Assembly: GCF_006345805.1 (NCBI RefSeq) | Contig: NC_042997.1 | Coordinates: 159,526,001 to 159,590,000 of the forward strand | Length of the DNA: 64,000 nucleotides | Reading direction: 5' to 3' | From: Octopus sinensis | Taxonomy: Eukaryota | Shown: piece by piece, positions 1-12,687 of the stretch | Position numbering within the stretch: the first letter of the stretch is position 1 | Layout of the letters: the number at the start of each line of letters is the position of its first letter | Position numbers and translations under genes: made by a program | Notes under the pieces: generated by a model | Told to the model about the DNA's origin: nothing | Database searches by the model: none | The model's input: the letters and a program-made list of their open reading frames with translations, nothing else

Positions 1-83
1 GCTATTTTTTGGCTACAACTCTCTAAAAATGCTTTATAGTTATTTCCCTTACAAACCCGAGCAACGCCGGGCGATACTGCTAG
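1..83 (+). mobile_element. 3' end of non-autonomous Helitron (family A), cut by window start
   Basis: Sub-terminal hairpin CCCGagcaacgcCGGG, then CTAG (80-83) followed by T; same family as 14545-14938, 17802-18186 and 45710-46104. Confidence 0.8.
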
Positions 84-289
84 TATATAATATAATGAAT
101 TTATTGTATCCAGTGCTTAGGTGCACTGCAACTCATCAGAAAAAGTAATCAAAACTGCATGAACAATACATGGAATATGCACAGGAAGTGAGCAGTGAAT
201 AAATCTTCAAAAAAAAAAAAAGAATTTTTTTCTTTACACAGATTTTGGAATGGTTTTATTTGTTTCTTTTAAATATTGGGATAGTATTT

Positions 290-1246
290 TAGTAAATTTT
301 CAGTTAGCTTCATAATTTTGATAACTTCATCTTTGGAGTTATAAGGAGTTTTGTTGGTTGCTCACTCAGCTGTGCCCCACACATAATAATCAAGGGGTTG
401 CAGTCTGGGGAGTTAGGTAGCTAGATGTCATGGCTGATGTGGTTGCAGAAATTATCTGACAGCCATGACTGGGTTCTCCTGCTTGTGTAGGATGGTGCAG
501 GGTCTTGATGTCAGACATAGGGCCTTCCAGTAGTCACCCTCTTGACTCAGAGCAGTACTACTTCATCCAGGCACTTGATGTAGGACTCCGTGTTGAGTCT
601 GAGGCTGTGTGGGAAGATGAATGGAGGCATAACATCACCATCACTAGTGATCACTCCAAACACTATGATGTTGACTGGATGTTCGATTTTGATTTTTATC
701 ACTCTTAGAACATGTTTTGGAGACATGGCAAGCCCATGGTTGTTCTGTGCGTTCACCATCTTATCCTCGCAGAAAGTTTTTTTGTCTAAGAAAAACCAAA
801 GCATGTTCAGTTGGAGGGATGATAAAGTTTGTTCAAAAGCTTCATAGTGTGGTCTTTCCTCTTGCCCTTGATAGCTTGGGATAAAAATTGACCCTTTCTC
901 ATCTTGTATGAGGAATACCGAATGTCTTCGTGCACTACCTGCCTGATATGTAACTTGGACACTCCCCTTGGCAATGAACTTGACTGACTTGGAAGGATCA
1001 TTGTCAATCACGGCTTGGATCTCATCAACAAATTCAGTTTTTCTTTTCTTATCAGAATGATCAGAGTGAGTTTTCTGAGCTGTTGTACCTTTGTTATCAA
1101 CCATTAGATTTATCCAACTCTTTCTGAATCCTCTGCACTGTCCTCAGATTGACACCCAAACACTCTGAAATATTCGTATTGGAGCTTCCAGCATGAATGT
1201 CAAGCAGTATAGCATGTCTTTTCCAAATTTCTGGCAGTATGAATTC

Positions 1247-1250
<4 letters not shown>
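290..1250 (-). mobile_element. Degenerate Tc1/mariner DD37D (maT-like) transposon
   Basis: ORF 547-1104 contains KIEHPVNIIVFGVITSDGDVMPPFIFP; homologous to 48130-48755, where the DD37D spacing can be counted. Confidence 0.75.
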
Positions 1251-1291
<41 letters not shown>

Positions 1292-1594
1292 TAGTTGAGT
1301 TAGAAGTTAAAATAACTATCTAATGATAGAAATATCCATTACACTACCGGTATATTACCTATTTTTAGCCATAGGTATACATAGGCAAACATATTATGTT
1401 CATAAGTTATAGGTAAAGACAAGGATAAGCATGGGTTTATCAAGAATCAAAATTTAAAGAAAGCAGCAAATGGAGAAATACTGATGCACAACAATTGAAT
1501 TACCTCAATTATTATTTATTAATTCAATGCAAATAGACTGCATCCCATCTAACAGCTGTTTTTGATTCCAATGTTGTATGGCATTGGCATTGGT

Positions 1595-1880
1595 ATGCAA
1601 AAATATGTAAGAATATTAATCATATTTGGTTAATAAAACTGATCTGAAACAAGGAGCTTCATCAGAGAGAAAAATAAATAAAGAAGAGCATAGAGAAGAA
1701 AAAGGGAAGAGAAGCATATGGTTGTAATCATACCATTTTGCTAAATGGTATGATTTCAACTATATTCAACTCTACCCTTTTTCTTCTCTATGCTCTCCTT
1801 CTCTATTTATTCTTCACTCTGATGAAGCTCCTTCAGTTTTATTACCAACTATGATCAATATTTTTGCATATTTTTGCATA
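1595..1880. repeat. Palindromic fold-back element (MITE-like); half copy at ~2855-2975
   Basis: Imperfect arms centred on ATCATACCATT-ttgct-AAATGGTATGAT; ends TATGCAAAAATAT / ATATTTTTGCATA. Confidence 0.7.
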
Positions 1881-2149
1881 TCAAAAATATTATATACTTG
1901 GGTATACACCATGTAATATGCCATTTAAAGCCATTCTCAGTATTCCGTTACTTGATGTCATCAACAGTATGGAGGTATATGCCACTGGATTTACTTCAGG
2001 AATTCCTTTGTGTCCTTGGAGTTTATAAATATGAGAGAAAGAAAATGAAGTTCTTCATATAGAAGAATAACACATTACAACTACCAAACTGATTGACCCC
2101 AGTATTATTTTTAAAACCTAGTAGTTATCCTCTTGGTTTCTTTTGCCAA

Positions 2150-2413
2150 GTCTCTAAGTTATGAGGACATAAACTCACCAACACTGGTTGTCAAACAGTG
2201 GTAGGGGAAAAACACATATACAAGCGCATGTGTGCTTGCATATACACACACACACACACACATGATGGGCTTCTTTTATTTTCCGTCTACCAAATCCACT
2301 CAAAAGGCTTTGGATGGCCCAAGGCTATACCAGGAGACATCTGCCCAAGGTGCCACTCAGTGGGATTGAATCCAGAACTATGTGGTTAGGAAGTAAACTT
2401 CTTACCATACAGC
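2150..2413 (-). mobile_element. tRNA-derived SINE family A, partial
   Basis: Reverse complement matches the head and body of the full copy at 45270-45672. Confidence 0.75.
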
Positions 2414-3398
2414 TATAATTATGCTTTGGGATAATTTTTTTCAGGTTGAAATTCTATCCAATGCAGAGATATATATAGTAGTCTCAGATATAATACAATG
2501 TCTGGAGAAAAGATAAATAAATAAATAAAAACTAAGATGGCAGGAATGCTGGTAGAAGACACTTGTTATGTTATTAGGATTTTTTCTCCAATGGATCATA
2601 TGTCAGTAGATAGACAGTTTGTTGACAGACAGTTGGCTGACAGACAGCGGGCTGACAGACAGCGGGCTGACAGACAATTGGCTGATAGACAATTGGCCAA
2701 CAGACAGTTGCTAACAGACAACTTACAAACAGGACCATTGACTGATTAGACAATTTTCCAAAAATGTCGACATTTTTTAAAAACAAAGCAAAAATTACGA
2801 AAATGTTTTATTAGACTTACAAATAAAAACAATTTATTTATAAAAAGATATTACGTACAATAGGTTAATAAAATTGATCTGAAACAAGGAGCTTCATCAG
2901 AGAGAAAAATAAATAGAGAAGAGCATAGAGAAGAAAAAGGGAAGAGTTGAATATGGTTTTAATCATACCTTTAGAGTTGAAGAATATATGAAAAAAGCAC
3001 AAATAGAAATAAAGATATCAAGTACAATTATGGGCATAGGTGGATATACGTGTTCAGAAGGAGTTGTGCTAATTTCAACATCAATCGTTGTCAGTCTAGC
3101 ACTTCGCAGTTTATGATTTGCACATCTCCAATAAGTCTTTTAACTTTCTGGTTCTATCAATAATATAGGCGTACCCTTTGTATAGAAGATTCCTGCCTCC
3201 TCATTCCGTTTTGATGAACTCCATGATTGATACTTCTGCATGTTGCTTTATTGTCCAATCAGCAAATTGTATGTTGGCAAATTGTCTGCATACATCATAG
3301 GTCACCCAAGACATTTCTACCATGTTCTCAATTATAAGCTATCAGAGCCACTCCTTCAGTTTGGAATAAGTGGGGTTTAGCCTCTATGTTTCCCCGGT

Positions 3399-3655
3399 TG
3401 AGGCATATGGCTGAGTGGTTATGCTGCTGGACTCACGATTGTGAGACTGCGGTTTTGATTCCTTGACTCAGCGACGTGTTGTGTTCTTGAGCAAAACACT
3501 TCATTCCACGTTGCTCCAGTCTACTCAGCTAGCAAAAATGACTTATCCTATGACAGATCAGCATCCCATCCAGGTAGGGAATTTATATGCCATGGAAACC
3601 AGGAAACTGGCCCTTATGAGTCAGCATGACTCACAAAGGTAACTTTACCTTACTT
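3399..3655 (+). mobile_element. tRNA-derived SINE family C
   Basis: A-box TGGCTGAGTGG and degenerate B-box; similar to 26785-27060 and 47050-47395. Confidence 0.65.
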
Positions 3656-4721
3656 TACCATTAGTTTCTCCAAGGGAGGCCTTCCTCTCCCAGGTCTTTA
3701 TTGGTTTTGAATTGTCATCAATGCTTTGTATCTTGCTTTTTCTAGGCATGGGCTTTGGCCCAATGCGGCTGGCCTTGACCCATTGACCTGTCAAGCATTG
3801 GATGCTCTACCAGAAACTTGTACTTTACTGGCATAGCTTTCAGGGTTACTGAGGTATTCAAGCCACCATAATGTAACAAGAACTGGACCTTGCTTATACT
3901 GATAACAGTGGAATTAAAGCTGAAATCAAATGATTGAGAAGGAAACTTCTTACTCAACACCATGAAGCTCTAACCCAGCTTTGGATAAAACATAATTTAA
4001 AATGCTCAGATTGCTTCATTCCTTTCAAGATGTAATAGCTCTAAATAACTAATTGTAAATTGGTAAATATAAGTCCAGCATATGATATCAAGTGAAAGTT
4101 TCTATGGGGAAAATTCAATATAAATAGAAATAAATATTTTCAGTGAAAATTTCTACTATCTTTGCATTTCATTTTAAAAGCTGAAATTGAATTTTAAATT
4201 AATTTTCTCTTGTTGTTGGGTTTGAGTGTATGGTATAATTATAGCTTTGAAGAAGTCCAATAAAACAGTGACTGGGAAGAAAATTAATGGCCCATTAACT
4301 AAATTGTCTCCTTAATCTGTGTCTCATCCAGGATTAAAACAAAATCTCATTATAAGTAAATAGCAATTTGTTATTTAACAATTAATTTGGAGTTTTAAAT
4401 ACCAAATTACTTCTGACTTTTGAAATTTTCACCACCCACACTGCATTCTACATTTAGTAACAAAGTGATCACTAAAAGATTTTTATTTAACTTATAGTGA
4501 TGCTGCTGATGGTTATGGTGGTCACAATAAAGACAATGATAATGATAGTAATAATAATTTCAAACATTGGTACAAACCAGTAAGCTAAGTGGAGGAGTTA
4601 ATTGATTGAGATGATGTCAGTACTTGATGGGTACATTATTTTAGTGACCCTGGAGGGAAGAAATACAAAGTTAGCCTTGATAGGATTTGAACTTAGAGTG
4701 TAAAGAATCATGACAAATACC

Positions 4722-6072
4722 ATCATCATCATCATCATCATCATCAACATCGTTTAACGTCTGCTTTCCCTGCTGGCATGGGTTGGACGGTTTTCACTGG
4801 GGACTGGTGAGCCAGATGGTTGCACCAGGCTCCAATCTGATCTGGCAGAGTTTCTACAGCTGGATGCTCTTCCTAACGCCAACCACTCCGAGAGTGTAGT
4901 GGATGCTTTTATGTGCCACCAGCACGAGGGCCAGTCAGGCAGTACTGGCAATGGCTACACTCAAATAGTGTTTTTACGTGTCACCTGCACAGGAGCCAGC
5001 CCTCACTTGAATGTTGTTTTTCATGTACCACCAGCGCAAGTGCCAGTAAGGCAACACTGGTAATGATCACGCTCGAATGATGTTTTTTGCATGCCACCGG
5101 CATGGGGCCCAGTCAGTGACCCTTACAACGATCACACTCATATGGTGCTCTTTAGCACAGATGCCTATCATGCGGTGCTGTCATCGAATTTAATTTCAAT
5201 TTCAATTGCCTCAACAGCTCTTCGCAAGCAGAGTTTAGTGTCCAATGAAAGAAGGATACACCTAAGTGGGCTGGTAACACCACTGGCATAGGCCATGAGG
5301 TTACAGTCTCACTTGGCTTGCTGGGTCTTCTCAAGCACAGCATATTTCAAAAAGCCTCGGTCACTAGTCATTGCCTCGGTGAGCCTAATTCGAAGTTCAT
5401 GCTTCACCACCTCTTCCCAGGTCTTCCTGGGTTTACCTCTTCCATATTTTCCCTCAACCACTAGGGTGTGACACTTTTTTACACAGCTATCCTCTTCCAT
5501 TCGCACCACATGACCATACCAGCACAGTCGTCTCTCTTGCACACCACGTCTGATGCTTCTGAGGTCCAACTTTTCTCTCAAGGAACTTACACACTGTCGA
5601 GTATGCAGACTGACATTACACATCCAGCGGAGCATGCTGGCTTCTTCCTTGCAAGCTTACACATGTCCTCAGCAGTCATGGCCCATGTTTCTCTGCCATG
5701 TAGCATGGCTGTTCATACATATGCGTCATACAGTCTATCTTTTACTCTGAGTGAGAAGCCCTTTATTGAGCAGGGCCATCAACCTGAAGGGATTTGTGGT
5801 TTGTCTGTCTTCCTGCTTATTAGGACTTTGGTTTTAGCTAGGCTGACTCTAAGGTCCTTCGATTCTAATCCTTGCTTCCACACCTGAAACTTCTCCTTTT
5901 GTTCTGATAGTGACTCAGCAATTAGAGCAAGGTCATCAGCATAGAGGAGCTCCCGGGGGTATCCTGTCTTGAATTCCTCGATTATTGCCTGGAGAACTAT
6001 GATAAATAGGAGGGGGCTGAGGACTGAACCTTGGACCCCTACCTCTACCTGGAATACTTCACTGTACTCCAA
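4722..6072 (-). mobile_element. 5'-truncated RTE-clade LINE (RT C-terminal half, 3' UTR, (GAT)n tail)
   Basis: QGSVLSPLLF and LLYADDLAL in ORF 5779-6072; RRLCWYGHVVRME in 5309-5635; tail reads (CAT)n on + at 4722. Confidence 0.9.
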
Positions 6073-6819
6073 GCATTTTAATCAAAGCTTTGTGATTCCT
6101 TAATGGCATGTCAACTCCAGAGAATTCTTGATTTTTGCCATTCTCTCCCCTCTTATTCAGAGCCAATTCCAGCTGCCAATGAGTGAACATTTTGAGGTAT
6201 AAGTGTAGGAGATTGGAAGAAAAAGTGGCAACAGCTTGGAATATGGTTAATCTGATATCCTTTACTAAACAAGAAACTTGAGTTCTTTTTCCAAAGACTA
6301 CAAGACACTGTGTATAAAATATTCTTAACTCTGCAATGTATTGTATGCCTCTATTTGCTGAACCTATGAAGCTTTTAAAAACGAACTTTGTGTGTGTGTG
6401 TGTGTATACATTTTTATATATATTGGCAAAATAATATGCATTGAAAATGCATTAAACCTTTAAATATACTATGAATAAAACAAGTTTATTTTTTAACATA
6501 GGAGATAAATATTTCTTTTTTATCTTTATATATGAAAATAGTGATACAAAATTATGTTTTCATATAAATGTTTTACTGTAAAAATATTAATGTATGTTTT
6601 TCACAAGGTGAGTTTCACACACAAAAAAAGGAGAATCACATTTTACTGAAAAGTTTGCATATAAAAAGTTTTTTGTGTAAAATAAGTGTCAATGAATAAA
6701 ATTTAGTGTATGTTTTAAGCATAGAACTTTTGCAGGTGAGAGAAAGTCATATTTTAGTAACTGGTTTTGATGTCCTCAGATTTAGAAAGTTTAAAGTATG
6801 TTCTCCAATGCACTTTTAG

Positions 6820-6853
<34 letters not shown>

Positions 6854-7528
6854 CGTATATGCTGACAAGCAGTGATAGAGGTACAAACACAGACACAAAG
6901 GCACACACACATGTGCATGTGTTCATGTATGTATGTTTATATATATATATATATATATATGAGGAAAAGAATTTGAAAATGTAGGCGTCTTTTAAAAGTA
7001 TTAACTTAACCGGTTTCACTTATCTAAAAAGATTTTCAAAAGTAAAGTGTGAGGCTTTGTGTATCCTCTGCTGTGTAGTCAAAAATTAGTTTATATAAAT
7101 GTATTCAAATCAAATGATAGAGTCTTTGACAATGATAAGAAAAAATTTGAGGCTTTGTGTATCCAGAGTGATGAGTCAAACAATAGTTTACATAAAAACA
7201 TTTAGATCAGATAATAGAATTTTTTTATAATAAGCAGATAAAAATTAGTTTGCATGAATATATCCTGATAAAGTAATAAAGCCTTTGACATGAAGATAAA
7301 ACGTGTCTGGTTTGTCAATCAGTGGGTGCTGAAGTTTTTAGTCTCACAGTGATTAGAAACCAAAATTGCTTACAGTATCTTAGATTGAAAACAAGGTGAG
7401 TACAGAAATAACAGACCATTTATAATTCTCAGATCTGGCTTTACAGGTGTCACATCTAGCTGGAGTTTCACTGTTACTTACTATTTTTGAATATTTTGCA
7501 GTAACTTAATGGGAATTTTTTATAAATA

Positions 7529-7690
7529 GGTGTAGGAGTGGCTGTGTGGTAAGTAGCTTGCTTACGAACCACATGGTTCCAGGTTCCGTCCCACTGCGTG
7601 GCAACTTGGGCAAGTGTCTTCTACTATAGCCTCGGGCCAACCAAAGCCTCGTGAGTGGATTTGGTAGATGGAAACTGAAAGAAGCCCATC
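7529..7690 (+). mobile_element. SINE family A, 5' half (tRNA head), interrupted by the PLE
   Basis: GGAGTGGCTGTGTGGTAAG...GGTTCCGTCCC head; collinear with 45270-45440; continues at 12870. Confidence 0.9.
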
Positions 7691-7750
7691 ATATATATGT
7701 GTATATATATACATATATATATACTTTATTTTAAGCAGCAGAAAATTCAA

Positions 7751-7800
7751 CAAAATCTGTTACTCTGAGTTTCTCGTTGCCGTTCATCAGACAGTTTTTG
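7751..7800 (-). ncRNA. Inverted copy of the PLE hammerhead
   Basis: Exact reverse complement of 12638-12687. Confidence 0.75.
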
Positions 7801-8816
7801 CTAGAATGGAACATATATATTAATTCAATCTATACTCTTACAAACGCTACACCTTTAAAAAGAAATGGACTTGTTTGATTGGCCCTTTAGAAAAAAACGG
7901 TCAATCTTCGAGCGATAAACAAAAAGGTCAAAAATATATGTATATATATATAAAAAAACTTATAAAAATTATAAAAATTATAAAATCCGAGGAAAAAACC
8001 GAGGAAAAACCTATTGCCGTTAATGAAGACAGTACAAATTAATGCATAGAAATTAAACCTGTTATAAATACTGCAATACATATTTATATTAAAATCCACA
8101 TATATATATATCAACATACACAAAAGGATGCGCGTAAACGCCATACATACATATACAGACGTATGAATATGAATCTAAATTATACACATAAAAGCATGTG
8201 TACATATATTCACGCAAACCGTCTCGCACGCAAGCTAAAATTCATCTATGTAGCAATTCTCATATACTGAGCAAGGAGGGGGAACGAAAGAAAGGGAAAG
8301 AGAGAAAAAAGGAACGAAAGAGGGGTGGGGGGGGAACTTGTAGCGATGTTATTGGCATCTATAGAGGCCAGTATACATACACAAGTTTGAATTGATACAT
8401 ATACATACCGTCGTGTGTATGCGTGCTTAAGCACAAGCATACTTTCACTTACACATACACAGATACGCATGCTTACAAATACATATGCTTTGCTATACAC
8501 AAACTTATATAAACATTCTAAATTTGACAACATTGCTTTTTTTTAAAAAAAACATTGCTTTTAAAAAATGGTGCATTAATAAAAATATATACGAAAGACA
8601 TATAAAATAAAATATAACATCCTATTTTGGGTCATTTATAAATAATCAAGGTAATATAAATAATCAAGGTAATCCTATGCAATACAATAACATGAAAACA
8701 AAGTTTGTAGGTTTTTCCTAATATATATGTAGAAACAATAAGACTTTGCTATAGATCCGTCGTAGCGCTTAAGAGTCAAAATCAAAAATCAAAAATCAAA
8801 ATACAAAATATATACT

Positions 8817-9779
8817 CTATCCATATGGTATATTTATATTCGACATTTTAAATTTAGCCGCGTGCCTACATAAGTTCATTAACTCACTTCTTTGATTCAA
8901 AGAATTATTGTCTTTGAATAATATGTGCATTTTTTCTAATAAGCAAAGCTTGCACTTGAAATTATATTTGTAAGCTCCATGCCTGTATGGTGCCGCCCTG
9001 TCCAGAATGCTCCATGTCACGTTGAAAGGTGGGGCTTCCTTTTCTTTTAGTTCCCAGACATATTTTGCTAGGCTGGTTTTCTTCCTATTCTCTGGGTATT
9101 TAAAAGAATTCTTATGAGAATAAAATCTTGTTTTAAATGAATTTTCTGAAGCCCCTGTGTATGTCTTGTATTCCGATGAGCCTTCCACTTGCACCTTGGC
9201 TCTATAAACTACTCCTTTCACTAGACATTTCCCTTCTAACGGACAGGAGCTTTCGTTTTTACAATTACATTTCTTAATGGGCTCGGCACCATGTCTAATC
9301 TCAATTAGCTTCCTATTATGTTGGCTAATGTAAGAGGCGAAATTTCTGCAACAAGAATAGCTAACCTTCAGGGTTCTTCTATTAAATATTCTGTAGAATT
9401 TATGACCCTGCTTAAAATGCTTAGAGACTAATCTCAAAAATTCCTTACCTATATTAGTCTTTACGGCCAAATTGAAAGCCGGGTTGAACCACAAAACTTT
9501 CCTGGTCCTAGTTCTTCGTGCAGCATTATTATTAGCATTAAGCTGGTTGAACTGGATCTTCTCCGGGAATCCACTATTCTTTAATGCGCTATCGTAATAA
9601 GGTGCAGCATTATGGAATGCTGCCTCGTCCGAAGAAATTGAAGATATTCTTCTACCTACATTGCTGACTAAGTTGCTAAGGATAACTGGTGGATGGTTCG
9701 AATCTTTGCTAATATACGATAGCTTTTCATTGGGCTTACGGAAAGGTTTAAATCTATCCGATCTTACATTAAAATTTAC
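8817..9779 (-). pseudogene. Inverted copy of the PLE RT 3' part and GIY-YIG domain
   Basis: ORF 8817-9494 is identical to the + strand protein except for the C-terminal frame (KFKMSNINIPYG vs KLKCRI). Confidence 0.9.
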
Positions 9780-11606
9780 AAAATTAAGGAGATTAACGAC
9801 TCGAATAAGATCTTCGTTAATTCTGACAAGACAAGGAACTTATATGCACTTGATAAGGACGTTTATAAACGCCTGATTTCGAATAGTGTCACGGACACAT
9901 ACAAAAAAGACAACACGAATATATACAAAGAGGTGAACTTAGAAGCAAGAGGAATAGCTAACGATCTTAAGATTAGCGATAGGATTGAATACCTTTCACC
10001 ACGACCAGCTTTTATTACTCTGAAAGACCATAAAGACAATTTTAGTAGAAACCCCAAATGTAGATTGATAAATCCGGCTAAAACTGAGATAGGAATTATT
10101 AGCAAAAATATTTTGGACCGTATTTTAGTTAAGTTAGATAGTGAAGTAGACTTGAGAATTTGGAAGAATAGTAAGTCAGTTATAGAGTGGTTTAAAGGTA
10201 TTAGCTATAAGAATAATTGTAGTTTCACACAATTCGACATTATTGACTTTTACCCGTCGATATCTAGGACGTTGCTCCTAAGAGCATTGGACTTCGCCAA
10301 GCAGTATGTCAACATCGATAGCTCGGAAATTGAAATTATTATGCATGCGAGGAAATCGCTTCTGTTTTTCGAGGATTCCACCTGGATTAAGAAGACTGAG
10401 GATTCTCTTTTCGATGTACCGATGGGGGCATACGACGGGGCTGAATTATGTATGCTCATAGGAGCCTTTATTCTCCATAATCTAAAAATAGAATTCCCAT
10501 TTATAGATGCAGGTCTATATAGGGATGACGGCCTTATAGCCACGCATAATCTAAACGGCCATGAATCAGATAGACTTAGGAAGGACCTTATAGCTTTCTT
10601 TCAAAGGATGGGCTTACGGATTACGATAGATACTAACCTGAATAGTGTAGATTTTTTAGACGTAAATTTTAATGTAAGATCGGATAGATTTAAACCTTTC
10701 CGTAAGCCCAATGAAAAGCTATCGTATATTAGCAAAGATTCGAACCATCCACCAGTTATCCTTAGCAACTTAGTCAGCAATGTAGGTAGAAGAATATCTT
10801 CAATTTCTTCGGACGAGGCAGCATTCCATAATGCTGCACCTTATTACGATAGCGCATTAAAGAATAGTGGATTCCCGGAGAAGATCCAGTTCAACCAGCT
10901 TAATGCTAATAATAATGCTGCACGAAGAACTAGGACCAGGAAAGTTTTGTGGTTCAACCCGGCTTTCAATTTGGCCGTAAAGACTAATATAGGTAAGGAA
11001 TTTTTGAGATTAGTCTCTAAGCATTTTAAGCAGGGTCATAAATTCTACAGAATATTTAATAGAAGAACCCTGAAGGTTAGCTATTCTTGTTGCAGAAATT
11101 TCGCCTCTTACATTAGCCAACATAATAGGAAGCTAATTGAGATTAGACATGGTGCCGAGCCCATTAAGAAATGTAATTGTAAAAACGAAAGCTCCTGTCC
11201 GTTAGAAGGGAAATGTCTAGTGAAAGGAGTAGTTTATAGAGCCAAGGTGCAAGTGGAAGGCTCATCGGAATACAAGACATACACAGGGGCTTCAGAAAAT
11301 TCATTTAAAACAAGATTTTATTCTCATAAGAATTCTTTTAAATACCCAGAGAATAGGAAGAAAACCAGCCTAGCAAAATATGTCTGGGAACTAAAAGAAA
11401 AGGAAGCCCCACCTTTCAACGTGACATGGAGCATTCTGGACAGGGCGGCACCATACAGGCATGGAGCTTACAAATATAATTTCAAGTGCAAGCTTTGCTT
11501 ATTAGAAAAAATGCACATATTATTCAAAGACAATAATTCTTTGAATCAAAGAAGTGAGTTAATGAACTTATGTAGGCACGCGGCTAAATTAAAATGTCGA
11601 ATATAA
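9780..11606 (+). CDS. PLE reverse transcriptase + C-terminal GIY-YIG endonuclease; 5'-truncated, frame open from the inversion junction
   Basis: In-frame upstream extension KIKEINDSNKIFVNSDKTRNLY. RT motifs QFDIIDFYPSI, PMGAYDGAELC, YRDDGL, FLDVNF. Linker CNCKNESSCPLEGKC. Nuclease VVYRAKV...YTGASE...KTRFYSHK...CKLCLLEK. The CxCx5C linker suggests the Hydra clade (inference). Confidence 0.93.
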   Translation, partial: KIKEINDSNKIFVNSDKTRNLYALDKDVYKRLISNSVTDTYKKDNTNIYKEVNLEARGIANDLKISDRIEYLSPRPAFITLKDHKDNFSRNPKCRLINPAKTEIGIISKNILDRILVKLDSEVDLRIWKNSKSVIEWFKGISYKNNCSFTQFDIIDFYPSISRTLLLRALDFAKQYVNIDSSEIEIIMHARKSLLFFEDSTWIKKTEDSLFDVPMGAYDGAELCMLIGAFILHNLKIEFPFIDAGLYRDDGLIATHNLNGHESDRLRKDLIAFFQRMGLRITIDTNLNSVDFLDVNFNVRSDRFKPFRKPNEKLSYISKDSNHPPVILSNLVSNVGRRISSISSDEAAFHNAAPYYDSALKNSGFPEKIQFNQLNANNNAARRTRTRKVLWFNPAFNLAVKTNIGKEFLRLVSKHFKQGHKFYRIFNRRTLKVSYSCCRNFASYISQHNRKLIEIRHGAEPIKKCNCKNESSCPLEGKCLVKGVVYRAKVQVEGSSEYKTYTGASENSFKTRFYSHKNSFKYPENRKKTSLAKYVWELKEKEAPPFNVTWSILDRAAPYRHGAYKYNFKCKLCLLEKMHILFKDNNSLNQRSELMNLCRHAAKLKCRI

Positions 11607-12637
11607 ATATACCATATGGATAGAGTATATATTTTGTATTTTGATTTTTGATTTTTGATTTTGACTCTTAAGCGCTACGACGGATCTATAGCAAAGTCTT
11701 ATTGTTTCTACATATATATTAGGAAAAACCTACAAACTTTGTTTTCATGTTATTGTATTGCATAGGATTACCTTGATTATTTATATTACCTTGATTATTT
11801 ATAAATGACCCAAAATAGGATGTTATATTTTATTTTATATGTCTTTCGTATATATTTTTATTAATGCACCCATTTTTTAAAAGCAATGTTTTTTTTAAAA
11901 AAAAGCAATGTTGTCAAATTTAGAATGTTTATATAAGTTTGTGTATAGCAAAGCATATGTATTTGTAAGCATGCGTATCTGTGTATGTGTAAGTGAAAGT
12001 ATGCTTGTGCTTAAGCACGCATACACACGACGGTATGTATATGTATCAATTCAAACTTGTGTATGTATACTGGCCTCTATAGATGCCAATAACATCGCTA
12101 CAAGTTCCCCCCCCACCCCTCTTTCGTTCCTTTTTCTCTCTTTCCCTTTCTTTCGTTCCCCCTCCTTGCTCAGTATATGAGAATTGCTACATAGATGAAT
12201 TTTAGCTTGCGTGCGAGACGGTTTGCGTGAATATATGTACACATGCTTTTATGTGTATAATTTAGATTCATATTCATACGTCTGTATATGTATGTATGGC
12301 GTTTACGCGCATCCTTTTGTGTATGTTGATATATATATATGTGGATTTTAATATAAATATGTATTGCAGTATTTATAACAGGTTTAATTTCTATGCATTA
12401 ATTTGTACTGTCTTCATTAACGGCAATAGGTTTTTCCTCGGTTTTTTCCTCGGATTTTATAATTTTTATAATTTTTATAAGTTTTTTTATATATATATAC
12501 ATATATTTTGACCTTTTTGTTTATCGCTCGAAGATTGACCGTTTTTTCTAAAGGGCCAATCAAACAAGTCCATTTCTTTTTAAAGGTGTAGCGTTTGTAA
12601 GAGTATAGATTGAATTAATATATATGTTCCATTCTAG

Positions 12638-12687
12638 CAAAAACTGTCTGATGAACGGCAACGAGAAACTCAGAGTAACAGATTTTG
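12638..12687 (+). ncRNA. Minimal type I hammerhead ribozyme in the PLE 3' repeat
   Basis: Stem I CAAAAACTGT/ACAGATTTTG; CTGATGA at 12648-12654; stem II CG-GCAA-CG; GAAA at 12665-12668; near-palindromic stem III CTCAGAG; GUA cleavage triplet. Confidence 0.75.

Noticed and set aside
1810-1835. CTGATGA in the fold-back element
   Set aside because: No GAAA or stem III downstream
3746-3833. Apparent acceptor followed by HGLWP, resembling the RNase T2 active-site motif
   Set aside because: In-frame stop after ~29 codons, no second motif or other exons; likely chance
6600-7405. Two AAG|GTGAGT donor-like sites
   Set aside because: No convincing upstream exon or reading frame
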